From the NCBI GenBank assembly GCA_018664825.1, contig JABJNO010000010.1, positions 8,832 to 72,831 on the forward strand: a stretch of 64,000 nt of DNA, given 5' to 3'. Made by a program: the position numbers and the translations under genes. The notes beneath the pieces were generated by a model. It saw only the letters and a program-made list of their open reading frames with translations, ran no database searches and was not told the DNA's origin. Shown here one piece after another: positions 1 through 10,185 of the stretch (position 1 is its first letter; every line of letters begins with the position of its first letter). This DNA comes from Candidatus Parcubacteria bacterium (GTDB taxonomy: Bacteria; Patescibacteriota; Patescibacteriia; UBA1558; GWA2-36-10).

Positions 1-486
1 AATATAACCCTCTAAAGTAGCGCTAGCAGGAGCGTCCTCCAAAAAATCATAATAAGCTTTCCACTCAGCTACATTGTCAGTAGCACTTAAAAATTCTTCA
101 CCTGACAAACCATTTTTATCAAGTGCGTCAGCCATAGCTCGTCTATCCCAGCCCTCAAGTAAAGTAATCGAGGCTTGAGAGTTTTGTGGTCCAGAAATAA
201 TCAAATTGGTAATGTTGCGTATAGAAGCTCCTCTGGGTATCTGATAAGCACCGGCTACAACTTTGTCCTCATAACGCTTGAACCAAAGCCAACTTTCAAA
301 AACAAGCTTACTTTTTATCAAACCAGCTTCATCAAGGCTGATGCTAATTTGGTTGACTCCTTGTCCACTTTTGACAACAAAGGATCTATCCTCATCTACA
401 CCATTACCCCTTATCAAAACAGCCAAAAACCAAATTGTGAAAATAACTCCCAATATTATCAATAATTTTATTATTCTTTTTATCAT
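1..486 (-). CDS. mltG: Endolytic murein transglycosylase MltG/YceG family, partial. The N-terminus lies inside the window; the gene continues beyond position 1.
   Basis: Hand translation of the minus strand gives MIKRIIKLLIILGVIFTIWFLAVLIRG...KVVAGAYQIPRGASIRNITNLIISGPQ...LEGYI with no stop down to position 1. It has an N-terminal TM anchor plus YceG-like motifs. Its ATG overlaps the TGA stop of the upstream gene (ATGA). Confidence 0.55.
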   Translation of the reverse strand, partial: MIKRIIKLLIILGVIFTIWFLAVLIRGNGVDEDRSFVVKSGQGVNQISISLDEAGLIKSKLVFESWLWFKRYEDKVVAGAYQIPRGASIRNITNLIISGPQNSQASITLLEGWDRRAMADALDKNGLSGEEFLSATDNVAEWKAYYDFLEDAPASATLEGYI

Positions 487-1532
487 AAGTATTTATCTAA
501 ATTTCTCTTTTTTATTTCTTTTAACAAATCCTTTAATTCCTGTGATCTTTCTGCAGGACACAAAAATATAGTATCCTCTGTCTCTACCAGCACAGTGTCT
601 TTGATACCAATGGCTGTGATGAGCTTATTACTAGAACTGTACAATAGATTGTCCTGGCAATCAAGCAGGACATTTTTGCTGTTTGAAATGTTTTTTGAGC
701 CCTCTATCAGTTGTTGAATATCTCGAAGAGCACGCCAGCTACCAATATCTGCCCAAGTGATATCAAGTGGCTTGATAATCAAATCTTCTGATTTTTCCAT
801 CAAGCTATAATCAATAGGAATATTTCTTACTTTTTCATACTCATCTTCTAAACTACTCGGGTCTTCTTTTATATTCATCAACGTCTGATATACATCTGGT
901 ATATATTTTTTGTACTGCTCGAGAAGTGTCTTGGCTTTGAATACAAAAATAGCTGAATTCCAAAAATAATTTCCTGCAGATAAAAACTCTTTGGCTGTTT
1001 CTAGATTTGGTTTTTCTCTGTATGAGTTTACTTTGTGTATCTGATCACCAATAACCTCTCCCAACTCAATATATCCATAGGCAGTCTCGGGATAACTTGG
1101 CTTGATTCCCATCAACAATATTTTGTCAGGATTTTTCTCAATGATATTTTCCGAATCTTTGATGGCTTGTATATATTTTTCTTCTTCTTTTATGTGATGA
1201 TCACTATTGATAGTAGCGATGATAGCCTCTGGATCTTTTTGCAACAATACCAAAGCTGCCCAACCAATGGCTATGGACGTACCCCTGGCCTGAGGCTCTA
1301 CAAAAAAGTTTTCTTTTTTGAACTTTAGTTGTTTTTTGATGGCAGATTCCAAATTGACGCCACTGACAATAAAAATATTTTTTTTATCAAAACCAGACAA
1401 AAGCCTATCATAGGTATTTTGCAATAAAGTTTTGTCGCCCAATAGGGCCTTGGTTTGTTTTGGTTTTGATTGGGTCGAAATCGGCCACAATCTAGTCCCG
1501 CTCCCCCCAGCCAAAATAACTGGATACAACAT
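483..1532 (-). CDS. Mannose-1-phosphate guanylyltransferase (sugar nucleotidyltransferase)
   Basis: The N-terminal VILAGGSGTRLWPIS is a nucleotidyltransferase G-rich loop. A length of 349 aa is typical of ManC/GMP. Confidence 0.7.
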   Translation of the reverse strand: MLYPVILAGGSGTRLWPISTQSKPKQTKALLGDKTLLQNTYDRLLSGFDKKNIFIVSGVNLESAIKKQLKFKKENFFVEPQARGTSIAIGWAALVLLQKDPEAIIATINSDHHIKEEEKYIQAIKDSENIIEKNPDKILLMGIKPSYPETAYGYIELGEVIGDQIHKVNSYREKPNLETAKEFLSAGNYFWNSAIFVFKAKTLLEQYKKYIPDVYQTLMNIKEDPSSLEDEYEKVRNIPIDYSLMEKSEDLIIKPLDITWADIGSWRALRDIQQLIEGSKNISNSKNVLLDCQDNLLYSSSNKLITAIGIKDTVLVETEDTIFLCPAERSQELKDLLKEIKKRNLDKYL

Positions 1533-2278
1533 TAGATAAAATTAATAATTATACTCAATATAGCCGTGTATAAGAAAAACAAATAAAAATAATTTTTATT
1601 TATAACCATTTTCAACAAATATAAAGTCCAATAACCCACAAACATTGTGACTACAAAGCCTACCAAATACAACCATTGAAAAGCAAAATCCTGGACAGTC
1701 AAAATAAATGAACCCAAGATAGCTGGAATAGCAAGAATAAATGCATAATCAAATGCATCTCTTTTTTTTATTTTCAAAATCAAAGCAGTGGCAATCACTA
1801 CTCCACTACGAGAAAGCCCGGGTATAACTGCAAAACCCTGGACAAGACCCAGGACGAGGGCAACTTTCCAATTTATTTTTTGATTTGGACCTACCACAAA
1901 CTTTGTAGCTAGTAATAAAAATGTAGTAATCAACAACCAATCTGCAACCGAATAAACAGTTCGAAAATTGTCTATTTTGTCATAAAGTATCCCGGCTATC
2001 AAAACTGTCATTGCAGTACTAAGGATAATATACAGCCACCAATTTTTTTTGTCAGATTTTTTTTTGATAAAAGGTTGGCGGACTATTTCTGTTATTTCTT
2101 TTTTAAAAAATAATAAAATCACCAACAAACTAGCCACGTGCAAAAAGACATCAAATTCTAAACTAGTGTCTATTTTGAGCCAATTGGAAAACAAAACCAA
2201 GTGCCCGGAACTAGAAACAGGCAACCATTCGGTGATGCCCTGGAGTATGCCTAAAAAAATTGTTTCAAATATGTTCAT
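1532..2278 (-). CDS. uppP: Undecaprenyl-diphosphatase
   Basis: MNIFETIFLGILQGITEWLPVSSSGHLVL is the BacA/UppP signature. The protein is polytopic membrane, 248 aa. Confidence 0.85.
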   Translation of the reverse strand: MNIFETIFLGILQGITEWLPVSSSGHLVLFSNWLKIDTSLEFDVFLHVASLLVILLFFKKEITEIVRQPFIKKKSDKKNWWLYIILSTAMTVLIAGILYDKIDNFRTVYSVADWLLITTFLLLATKFVVGPNQKINWKVALVLGLVQGFAVIPGLSRSGVVIATALILKIKKRDAFDYAFILAIPAILGSFILTVQDFAFQWLYLVGFVVTMFVGYWTLYLLKMVINKNYFYLFFLYTAILSIIINFI

Positions 2279-2333
2279 TGTTTTTTAATTATTTTTTGAT
2301 ATAATGACTATATAAACTAATTTTAATATTATT

Positions 2334-2765
2334 ATGGAATACAAATTATTTTTGATACCCCTAGTAATCATGGTGATAAATCAAGGATTAAAAGTGGTAG
2401 TTGATATGTTTCGTGGTGAATTTAGCTGGCCGTCTGTATTTAGCTATGGTGGTATGCCCTCTTCACACGCAGCTGTAGTAGTGTCTCTGGCTACCCTGAT
2501 GGCCCACTATGAAGGTCTGGATTCTCCGGCTTTTGCTATTTCCCTCATCTTGGCTTTACTCACTATCAGAGACGCTGTCGGCATCCGTTGGCACCTGGGT
2601 ACTCATGGCAAAATCCTCAATCGACTCGTCAAAGAGCTACCCGATAGTGAAGAATACAGATTTCCAATTTTGAAAGAAAGATTTGGACACAAGAGTACAG
2701 AAGTGATCGTGGGTATGATGGTCGGTTTTGCTCTTACTGTACTGGCTATCCAATTTATAAAATAA
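2334..2765 (+). CDS. Divergent PAP2 (acid phosphatase/vanadium haloperoxidase-related, YuiD/DUF212-like) membrane protein
   Basis: GGMPSSHAAVVVSLA motif. Small polytopic membrane protein. Confidence 0.5.
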   Translation: MEYKLFLIPLVIMVINQGLKVVVDMFRGEFSWPSVFSYGGMPSSHAAVVVSLATLMAHYEGLDSPAFAISLILALLTIRDAVGIRWHLGTHGKILNRLVKELPDSEEYRFPILKERFGHKSTEVIVGMMVGFALTVLAIQFIK

Positions 2766-2767
2766 AT

Positions 2768-4345
2768 TTATACCAAAGAACTACCAGTCATCTCTGGTGG
2801 TTTTTTTATTCCCATAATTTTTAAAATAGTAGGGGCAACATCTGCCAAAACTCCTACTGGAGTGACATGACTCAAGTCTGTCCCCGTCATCCCTGACAAA
2901 ACACTCTTGCCAGCAAACTCCGAACCAATAATAAAAAGTGGCACCGGACTATTGGTGTGATCTTTTTCTATTTCACCAGTTTGCATATTATAAAGTGACT
3001 CAGCATTGCCATGATCGGCAGTGATCAACACTACACCATCATAAGACAAGGTAGTATCCACAACCTCGGCTATCAACTGATCCAAAATTTCTATTGACTC
3101 AATGGTAGCTTGGATATTCCCACTGTGTCCGACCATATCCGGATTGGCATAGTTGGCAACTACAAAATCATAGGCGCCTTCTTTTATAAATTGAGTTATC
3201 TTGGCTGTAATTTCTCGAGCAGACATAGCTGGCTTTTGATCGTATGATGTCACCTGAGGAGAAGGAATCAATGTCCTGTCTTCACCCTCATATATTGTTT
3301 CTTTGCCTCCGTTGAAAAAATAAGTAACGTGAGCATATTTTTCTGTTTCAGCTATATGCAGTTGTTTGAGCCCAGCCTCTGACAATACTCTGGCCATTGG
3401 CATTTCTATCTGCAAAGGAGGAAAGGCAACTATCGCCGGTAAATCTTTTTCGTATTCAGCCATTGTCACCATAAATAAATTTTGAAAATAATCTCTTTTA
3501 AATTTTTCAAAAGCAGGTAAGACCAAAGATTGGGTCAGTTGCCTAGCTCTGTCAGATCTAAAATTAAAATATATTATTGCATCTTTATCTTTTATTTGAG
3601 CTCTCGGCTTACCTAGGTCATTGGTAATAATAGTAGGAACAAATTCCTCATCATAGACCTTGGTGTCATAAGAATCCTGGATTGCCTTGAGAGGATCTTC
3701 GTATTTTTTATCACTCTCGCCATCCACCATTGCTCGAAAAGCTTTTTCTACTCTATCCCAACGATTGTCTCTATCCATGGCCCAAAACCTACCAGACAAA
3801 GTCGCTATCTGCCCTAGGCCCACTTCTTTGAGCTTGTCTTGTAATTTGGTAATAAAATTGAGACCACTGTTGTATGGGACATCACGTCCATCCAAAAAAC
3901 AATGTACAAAAAGTCTAGTCACTTTTTGTTTTTTGGCTAGCTCTATCAGGGCGTATAGATGCTCGTTGTAGCTGTGGACACCTCCGGAGCTGACCAATCC
4001 CATCAAGTGCAAGGCACTGTCATTTTTTTTGACATGATCACAGGCCTTGATAAAAGCCTCATTTTCATAAAACTCTCCATCGGTAATAGCCTTGGTAATT
4101 TTTGGTAAATCTTGATAGGGAATTACTCCGCTACCCAAGGCCAAATGGCCAACTTGTGAATTACCCATTTCACCCCAAGACAAACCAACTGCTTCTCCGC
4201 TAGCCGCAAGTGGCATAATAGGATAATTTGAAGAATACTTATCAAAATTTGGTGTTTTTGCTAGTGAAATAGCATTGGAACGAGATGGTGGAGCTATTCC
4301 GAATCCATCTAAAATTAGTAATACTACTGGTTTTGGTCTACTCAT
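2768..4345 (-). CDS. gpmI: 2,3-bisphosphoglycerate-independent phosphoglycerate mutase
   Basis: VVLLILDGFGI, ADHGN and metal-binding motifs. 525 aa. Confidence 0.9.
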   Translation of the reverse strand: MSRPKPVVLLILDGFGIAPPSRSNAISLAKTPNFDKYSSNYPIMPLAASGEAVGLSWGEMGNSQVGHLALGSGVIPYQDLPKITKAITDGEFYENEAFIKACDHVKKNDSALHLMGLVSSGGVHSYNEHLYALIELAKKQKVTRLFVHCFLDGRDVPYNSGLNFITKLQDKLKEVGLGQIATLSGRFWAMDRDNRWDRVEKAFRAMVDGESDKKYEDPLKAIQDSYDTKVYDEEFVPTIITNDLGKPRAQIKDKDAIIYFNFRSDRARQLTQSLVLPAFEKFKRDYFQNLFMVTMAEYEKDLPAIVAFPPLQIEMPMARVLSEAGLKQLHIAETEKYAHVTYFFNGGKETIYEGEDRTLIPSPQVTSYDQKPAMSAREITAKITQFIKEGAYDFVVANYANPDMVGHSGNIQATIESIEILDQLIAEVVDTTLSYDGVVLITADHGNAESLYNMQTGEIEKDHTNSPVPLFIIGSEFAGKSVLSGMTGTDLSHVTPVGVLADVAPTILKIMGIKKPPEMTGSSLV

Positions 4346-5911
4346 TTATTTTTTGTTTATTAAAGATTTTGAAGTCATCAATTTTGGTGATTTTACTCCC
4401 AAAATATCCAAAATAGTTGGAGCAATATTGGCCAACTTACCATCTTTTTTTAATTTATATTTTTTGTGATTTACTATGACAAAGGGTACTGGATTCCCAG
4501 AATGCTTTGTATCTACTTCGTCTGTCTTAAGATTTATCATTTCTTCTACATTGCCGTGATCAGCGGTCACTATCAGAGTACCGTTTTTTGCCAAAGTTGT
4601 ATCTATTATTTTCCCTAGATATTGATCAACATACTCTACCGCTTTGATACCTGCCTCGAGATTACCCGTGTGTCCTACCATATCTGGACTAGCAAAATTG
4701 ACTACAATAAAATCAAATTGATCGAGCTCTACTGCCTTGATTACATAATCTCCCACCTCTTTGGTACTCATCTCTGGCTTCTCATCATAAGATAATACAT
4801 TTTTTGATGCAATCTCTACTCTTTCTTCCCCGGCTATCGAATGATCATATCCACCGTTGAAAAAATAAGTGACATGAGCATATTTTTCTGTCTCTGAAAT
4901 ATAAAGTTGTTTAAAATCTTTCATAGCTATGGTCAGGGAATCCGGCAAATCAATACCTGGATAAGCAGTCAAAACTCCTGGCAAGTCTGGTCCAAAATCA
5001 GTCAAAGCTACAAACAACAAATCCTTTGGTATCTTTTTTCTTTGAAAAGAATTTTTGTTTTTTTTCTCAAAATCAGGCTGTACAAATGATTTGGTCAGTT
5101 GACGAGCTCTGTCTGATCTCAGATTAAAAAATACTACCGCATCATTGTCGTTGATCGGTCCAATTGGTTGTTTGTTTTTGACAACAACCGAAGGAGTAAT
5201 AAACTCGTCACTTTCACCTTTGTTGTAAGCCTGATTGACAGCCTCAAGGGCTGACTCTACTTTGTTGCCCTCTCCCATCACTATAGCCTCATATGCCTTG
5301 GCTGTACGATCCCAGGCCTTTTTACGATCCATAGCATAAAACCTACCCATGATAGTAGCAATTTTTACTCGCTTGGTATCAAAGACACTCCTGTATTGTC
5401 CCAGTATCTTCAAAGCTGCAAACCTCGGACTATCACGACCATCGGTAAAAAGATGCAAATAAATTTTTTGCTTTGTTTTGCCAAGGAAAAAACTAAGCAA
5501 AGAAAGCAGATGATCGTCATCCGAATGAGGACTACTGACGTCTGACAAAAGTCCAATCAAATGAATATCTGATTTATTTTTTTCAACATGATTGGCGGCT
5601 TGCAAAAAAGCGGGATTCTTGAAAAATGTTCCGTTGTTTATACTTTTTGAAATTACTACAGCATCTTGCTCAACTACTCTACCAGCACCGATATTCATAT
5701 GCCCTGCCTCGGAATTTCCTGGATGTCCAGTAGGCAAACCAATATTTTTGCCAGAAGCCTGGATATTTACGTTGGGATATTGTTTTAGCAAAGCATCCAT
5801 CCGCGGAGTGTCTGCCAGGGCAATAGCGTTTCCTTTTTTTTCTTTCCAGATTCCCCAGCCATCCAAAATAGCCAACACCAATGGACAATTTTCTTTCTTC
5901 GATTTATTCAT
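4346..5911 (-). CDS. gpmI: 2,3-bisphosphoglycerate-independent phosphoglycerate mutase, divergent tandem paralog
   Basis: LVLAILDGWGI...TADHGN. Same architecture as the downstream copy and directly abutting it (4345/4346). Confidence 0.85.
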   Translation of the reverse strand: MNKSKKENCPLVLAILDGWGIWKEKKGNAIALADTPRMDALLKQYPNVNIQASGKNIGLPTGHPGNSEAGHMNIGAGRVVEQDAVVISKSINNGTFFKNPAFLQAANHVEKNKSDIHLIGLLSDVSSPHSDDDHLLSLLSFFLGKTKQKIYLHLFTDGRDSPRFAALKILGQYRSVFDTKRVKIATIMGRFYAMDRKKAWDRTAKAYEAIVMGEGNKVESALEAVNQAYNKGESDEFITPSVVVKNKQPIGPINDNDAVVFFNLRSDRARQLTKSFVQPDFEKKNKNSFQRKKIPKDLLFVALTDFGPDLPGVLTAYPGIDLPDSLTIAMKDFKQLYISETEKYAHVTYFFNGGYDHSIAGEERVEIASKNVLSYDEKPEMSTKEVGDYVIKAVELDQFDFIVVNFASPDMVGHTGNLEAGIKAVEYVDQYLGKIIDTTLAKNGTLIVTADHGNVEEMINLKTDEVDTKHSGNPVPFVIVNHKKYKLKKDGKLANIAPTILDILGVKSPKLMTSKSLINKK

Positions 5912-5952
5912 ATATTTTTCCGCCTCACCATGTCAAAATGACAAGGTTTATA

Positions 5953-7227
5953 TTAATTATTTAATTTTTCTTCAATGTTTAATAGTCTATTGTACTTGGC
6001 TGTTCGCTCTCCTCTAGAGGTAGAACCTGTCTTGATGTACTCTGCATTTACAGCTACTGCTAAATCAGCAATAGTAGTATCCGCTGTTTCACCACTACGA
6101 TGAGATACTATCACTTGATAATCATTTTCCTGAGCATAACGGATAGCCTCCAATGTCTCTGACAATGTACCTATTTGATTGAGCTTTATCAAAATAGAAT
6201 TTGCTACACCCATCTCAATCCCTTTTTTCAAACGTTTTACATTGGTGACAAACAAATCATCTCCCACTACCACAACATCGTTGTTTTTTATAAACTGATC
6301 ACTTGTAAAATCTTGCCAGTTTTCCCAATCCTCCTGATCTAGTGGATCTTCTACTATACGCAGTGGATATATCTCCATCAAATCAAAATAAAAGTCTATC
6401 AATTCATCGCCTGTTAGATTTTTATTTTCCAAAGGCAATTCATATTTTTTTGTTTTTTCATTATAAAATTCTGAGGCTCCAGCATCTATACCTAGATTTA
6501 TATCTTTGCCTGGTTTGTAACCTGCATTTTCGATAGCTTGTAATATCAAATCAAAAACCTGACGATGTGATTTTACATTTGGTGAATAACCCCCTTCGTT
6601 ACCCAAATCTGTATCCATACCAACTGAGTGAAGTAGCTCTCCCAACTTGTGAAATATTTCACTAGACTGCCTCAATTTGTCTGAAAATGTCTTGGCTTTG
6701 TGAGCGACTAACCAAAATTCTTGAATATTTATATTTGTACCACCATGCGCTCCTCCATTTATGACATTGACTACTGGAGTTGGTAATTTGTATTTTTTTA
6801 GTTTTGGATTGTACAAACTACGGATATATTCATAAAGCTGGACATTGTTTGCTTTGGCAGCAGTACTCATCACTGCTAGAGACACAGCCAAGATTGCATT
6901 GGCTCCTAGGCTTGATTTGTTTTTGGTACCATCAAGATCTATCATCATCTGGTCTATTTGAGTTTGCTCAAACACTGACACGCCTTCCAGGGCATCATTT
7001 ATCTTGGTGTTTACATTTTCTACGGCTTTCAAGACTCCTTTGCCTTCGTAGCGATGTGGATCACCATCTCGTAGCTCATAAGCCTCAAAACGACCAGTCG
7101 AAGCCCCAGAGGGCACCGCAGAAGTAGCTGATGTCCCGTTGGATAGCTCCACTGTAGCCTGGACAGTCGGATTGCCTCGTGAATCCAATATTTCTAAAGC
7201 ATGAATTTTTTTTATTTTGTTTGGCAT
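5953..7227 (-). CDS. eno: Enolase
   Basis: IHALEILDSRGNPTVQATVEL...SGETADTTIADLAV. 424 aa. Confidence 0.95.
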   Translation of the reverse strand: MPNKIKKIHALEILDSRGNPTVQATVELSNGTSATSAVPSGASTGRFEAYELRDGDPHRYEGKGVLKAVENVNTKINDALEGVSVFEQTQIDQMMIDLDGTKNKSSLGANAILAVSLAVMSTAAKANNVQLYEYIRSLYNPKLKKYKLPTPVVNVINGGAHGGTNINIQEFWLVAHKAKTFSDKLRQSSEIFHKLGELLHSVGMDTDLGNEGGYSPNVKSHRQVFDLILQAIENAGYKPGKDINLGIDAGASEFYNEKTKKYELPLENKNLTGDELIDFYFDLMEIYPLRIVEDPLDQEDWENWQDFTSDQFIKNNDVVVVGDDLFVTNVKRLKKGIEMGVANSILIKLNQIGTLSETLEAIRYAQENDYQVIVSHRSGETADTTIADLAVAVNAEYIKTGSTSRGERTAKYNRLLNIEEKLNN

Positions 7228-7242
7228 ATTTTATATTATTAT

Positions 7243-7794
7243 TTATCCCTTTACTCTTCCCAATTTTTTAAGCTCATCAACTTGTGGCTTTAACTCTGGG
7301 TCTGTCAATAAATTTTTATGAACCATTATATCTCTGGGTATTTTTTTGATTTTTGTTCCTCTAATATCTAAATTGCCTCTTACGACCAGCTTGCGAGGAA
7401 GGCTATCAATATTTGACTCACCAACTTTGAGATCTCCAAAAATATCTAAATTGTCTGGGAAAACTATCTTGGAATCTACATTGAACATCCTAATATCTTC
7501 TCTAAACAATATTCTTTTCTTTGATCTGTCTATTATGACCATTTTTTGATAATAATTTATCTTACCAACATCTCCATCAATCAATAAATCTACCAACATT
7601 CGCTTGGATATTTCTGGGTCAAAAAACATCCTACTTATCTTATCCAGGGCAAATATCAGTCCTGATTTTGTTCCTCTGACTTTTTTCAATTTCTTTGCCA
7701 TCACGTCTTCATCAAGAGATTCCGAAAAATCCCCAAAGCTTCTTTTGACTTCGATAAATTCTTGTTTCAATTGTTCGCAGGTTAATTCTGTCAT
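7243..7794 (-). CDS. Hypothetical protein, LRR-like repeat paralog 1 of 6
   Basis: N-terminal MTELTCEQLKQEF helix. LRR-like LPRKLVVRGNLDIRGTKIKKIPRDI repeats. Family C-terminus ...LGRVKG. Confidence 0.5.
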   Translation of the reverse strand: MTELTCEQLKQEFIEVKRSFGDFSESLDEDVMAKKLKKVRGTKSGLIFALDKISRMFFDPEISKRMLVDLLIDGDVGKINYYQKMVIIDRSKKRILFREDIRMFNVDSKIVFPDNLDIFGDLKVGESNIDSLPRKLVVRGNLDIRGTKIKKIPRDIMVHKNLLTDPELKPQVDELKKLGRVKG

Positions 7795-7818
7795 ATTTTT
7801 TTATTCATCCAAGTCTCC

Positions 7819-8157
7819 CTATAAATCTAAGATGACTTTTCCTTGTATTTTTCCTTCTCTTTTCAACTTACGCGCAGCACCGTTCAATCTTTGATCTATT
7901 TTTATATCTCCATCTACATATAATTCTTCAGGTAAATCCTCTGCTGCCGAATTTTCTAAATCCAGATCACCTTTTATAATAATACGATTATTTTTTCTAT
8001 CTATTTCTGCATTGGCCTTTGTCCAGTTTATAATATCTCCAAAACTTTTAATACCATTTGATCCCACTATCATTCGCCATAATTTTTCCATCAACTGATC
8101 AGCTTCAAACAAATTTTTCCATAAAACTATCATGGAAATACTAAAATCTTTTTTCAA
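7819..8157 (-). CDS. Hypothetical protein, short or truncated member (2 of 6) of the LRR-like paralog family
   Basis: C-terminal ...DLPEELYVDGDIKIDQRLNGAARKLKREGKIQGKVILDL matches the family C-terminal motif. It lacks the N-terminal Cys helix. Confidence 0.4.
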   Translation of the reverse strand: MKKDFSISMIVLWKNLFEADQLMEKLWRMIVGSNGIKSFGDIINWTKANAEIDRKNNRIIIKGDLDLENSAAEDLPEELYVDGDIKIDQRLNGAARKLKREGKIQGKVILDL

Positions 8158-8173
8158 TTTATTTATAACCTTG

Positions 8174-8872
8174 CTATGTACTAAATACTTTACCCTTGAC
8201 TCTGGTATCTGCTGATGCCTTTTCAGCTTCTTCTTTTAGGCTCCTATCTACAAAAATATCCCCTCCCACGCTCAAGCCATCTGGTAACTCAGTAACCGGC
8301 GAACCATGTAGAGTAAAAGAACCATCAATTTCTAAATTATGTGGTAATTTTTTTATCGGGGTATTTCTCATATAAAAACCACCTCCCACTTTTGTCTGAT
8401 TAGGAATCTCGTTGATATTGGTATTGTCTATCAAAAAATCACCACCTACATAAACATGTCCCGGTAATTGCTTTATGGGTGTGTAAGATAAATTCAAATC
8501 ACTCATAACAATTATATCACAAGGGAAGCCTTCAAAATTTGATCGCTTAAGATTTAGATTTTTTTCTATAAATATTTCCCTTTCCTCTGCATCAATCTTT
8601 ACATTTTTTTCTACCCAACCTTCTATAGTCTCCTCATCCCCCCAATCATCATTCACGGCATTTTTCAAAATATCGGTAAATATCTCCTTTATTTTTTCAG
8701 GATCAAATAACAATAAATAAACTTCTTGCCTAGTTTCCAAAAACTTCTGTTTTAAATCCCTAACTCTTTCTATGTCCAAATTATTTGATATAGATTCTAG
8801 GTCACCAAAAAAACTTTGCAGCTCAGCAAATTTATTTTCTACTTGTTGACAAGTTATTTTTTCTAAATTCAT
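8174..8872 (-). CDS. Hypothetical protein, LRR-like repeat paralog 3 of 6
   Basis: MNLEKITCQQVENKF N-terminus. Repeats IKQLPGHVYVGGDFLIDNTNINEIP / IKKLPHNLEIDGSFTLHGSPVTELPDGLSVGGDIFVD. C-terminal TRVKGKVF. Confidence 0.5.
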   Translation of the reverse strand: MNLEKITCQQVENKFAELQSFFGDLESISNNLDIERVRDLKQKFLETRQEVYLLLFDPEKIKEIFTDILKNAVNDDWGDEETIEGWVEKNVKIDAEEREIFIEKNLNLKRSNFEGFPCDIIVMSDLNLSYTPIKQLPGHVYVGGDFLIDNTNINEIPNQTKVGGGFYMRNTPIKKLPHNLEIDGSFTLHGSPVTELPDGLSVGGDIFVDRSLKEEAEKASADTRVKGKVFST

Positions 8873-9483
8873 TCTGTTGTTTCTCTAAAAGTTGCTACTC
8901 CACCTTTTATATTTCCGTTTTTTTGTAATCTTTCTGCTTGAGCTTTTAAATCCTCATTTACATAAATATCTACCCCCACTCTCAGTGTATCTGGTAATTC
9001 AGTAATACCTGTATCAACAATACTCAAACTAGCAGTGACCGTAAGATTTCTTGGTAATTTTTTAATAGCTGTCCGATAAAGATTTAGATTTCCTAACACT
9101 TTGAGATTTTTGGGTAATCTAGTTAGCCTACTAGCTGTCAGGTCTAAATTTGGAATAGTAAATATCAATTGCTTTGTTTCTGGATCCAATTCTGTTCTTT
9201 TCCCAACCCAATCTCTCGTTCTTTCTATTGTCATAGGAGCCGGTTCACTCCTATCAATCTTCATATAATTGGGCCCTGCTTCGTGTAATATCCTTGCAAA
9301 ATCTTCTAGAGACAACTCTTCTAGAGCAAAGAAAATATTCTCTTCTAGTATTTCCCGAGCATCCAGCACCTCTTTGATGTCATCTGCATTGGACATTTTT
9401 TCAAACTTTGCAACAAAATCTTGATAAGCATCTTGTACTCCTTCAAAATCTCGCCTGACTTGTTTACAATCAAATTCTGCCAT
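8869..9483 (-). CDS. Hypothetical protein, LRR-like repeat paralog 4 of 6
   Basis: MAEFDCKQVRRDF N-terminus. Repeats LTRLPKNLKVLGNLNLYRTAIKKLPRNLTVTASLSIVDTGITELPDTLRVGVDIYV. C-terminal NGNIKGGVA. It overlaps its neighbours by 4 and 1 nt, which suggests translational coupling. Confidence 0.5.
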   Translation of the reverse strand: MAEFDCKQVRRDFEGVQDAYQDFVAKFEKMSNADDIKEVLDAREILEENIFFALEELSLEDFARILHEAGPNYMKIDRSEPAPMTIERTRDWVGKRTELDPETKQLIFTIPNLDLTASRLTRLPKNLKVLGNLNLYRTAIKKLPRNLTVTASLSIVDTGITELPDTLRVGVDIYVNEDLKAQAERLQKNGNIKGGVATFRETTE

Positions 9484-10145
9484 TATGGTGCTATTACTAG
9501 AACTTGTCCTTTTATTCGTCCTTGTTGTTTTAAATCATTTAATTCTTTCATATATCTTCTTTTCATGCTCAATTTTACATCACCATTGACCTGCATATCA
9601 TGAGGAAAATATATATTAGCCTTACTACCCAATTTTACTCCGCGTATATCCAGCTCATCCACCATCAACCTATCAGGCATCAAGGCTGTTTCTGCTCCAC
9701 TCAAATCTAAATTCCCAACTTGCAAATTATCTGGTAAAAAAACAGCGTCGCCCTTTACTATCTCAAAATTTCCCAAAACTACTATCCTGCGACCAACTGG
9801 GTCTATATCTGTATTTTCCATCAACCATTTGATAGCATCTTCACGATCTTTTATTTCATCATACTCACCATCTGGAGTGGCCGTACTGGATACTCTGGCA
9901 TTATTGGTTATAAGTAGAGAAAGATTGTCTATTACACCTTCAAAATCTAAGGCCTCAATCAATTCCAAAGTTTTACTGGTCATCTCTATCAATCTTTTGA
10001 CGTGCTTGGCTTTGTTTCTGGTGGATTTCAAATCTTTTAAATCATACTCCTTGGTTAGACTAAGATCCGCCTTAAAACCATCAAAAAACTTTTTTAAAAA
10101 TTCTAATTTTTTATATAACTTTCCACAAAAACTACTATTATACAT
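9483..10145 (-). CDS. Hypothetical protein, LRR-like repeat paralog 5 of 6
   Basis: MYNSSFCGKLYKKLEF N-terminus. C-terminal ...LNDLKQQGRIKGQVLVIAP. Confidence 0.45.
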   Translation of the reverse strand: MYNSSFCGKLYKKLEFLKKFFDGFKADLSLTKEYDLKDLKSTRNKAKHVKRLIEMTSKTLELIEALDFEGVIDNLSLLITNNARVSSTATPDGEYDEIKDREDAIKWLMENTDIDPVGRRIVVLGNFEIVKGDAVFLPDNLQVGNLDLSGAETALMPDRLMVDELDIRGVKLGSKANIYFPHDMQVNGDVKLSMKRRYMKELNDLKQQGRIKGQVLVIAP

Positions 10146-10185
10146 ATCTTTCAGGTTCTTATTGCTTGTTTACTAACCAGCATAA

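Noticed and set aside
3687-3971. Multiple 60-140-aa plus-strand ORFs inside gpmI, eno, the Rhs gene, the histidine kinase, and others
   Set aside because: All lie antisense within long, motif-supported minus-strand genes. None has independent support.
7819-8157. Treating the 112-aa ORF as an unrelated gene interrupting the LRR-like array
   Set aside because: Its C-terminus carries the family motif (GKIQGKVILDL) and an LRR-like unit. It is better explained as a short or truncated family member than as a separate gene.
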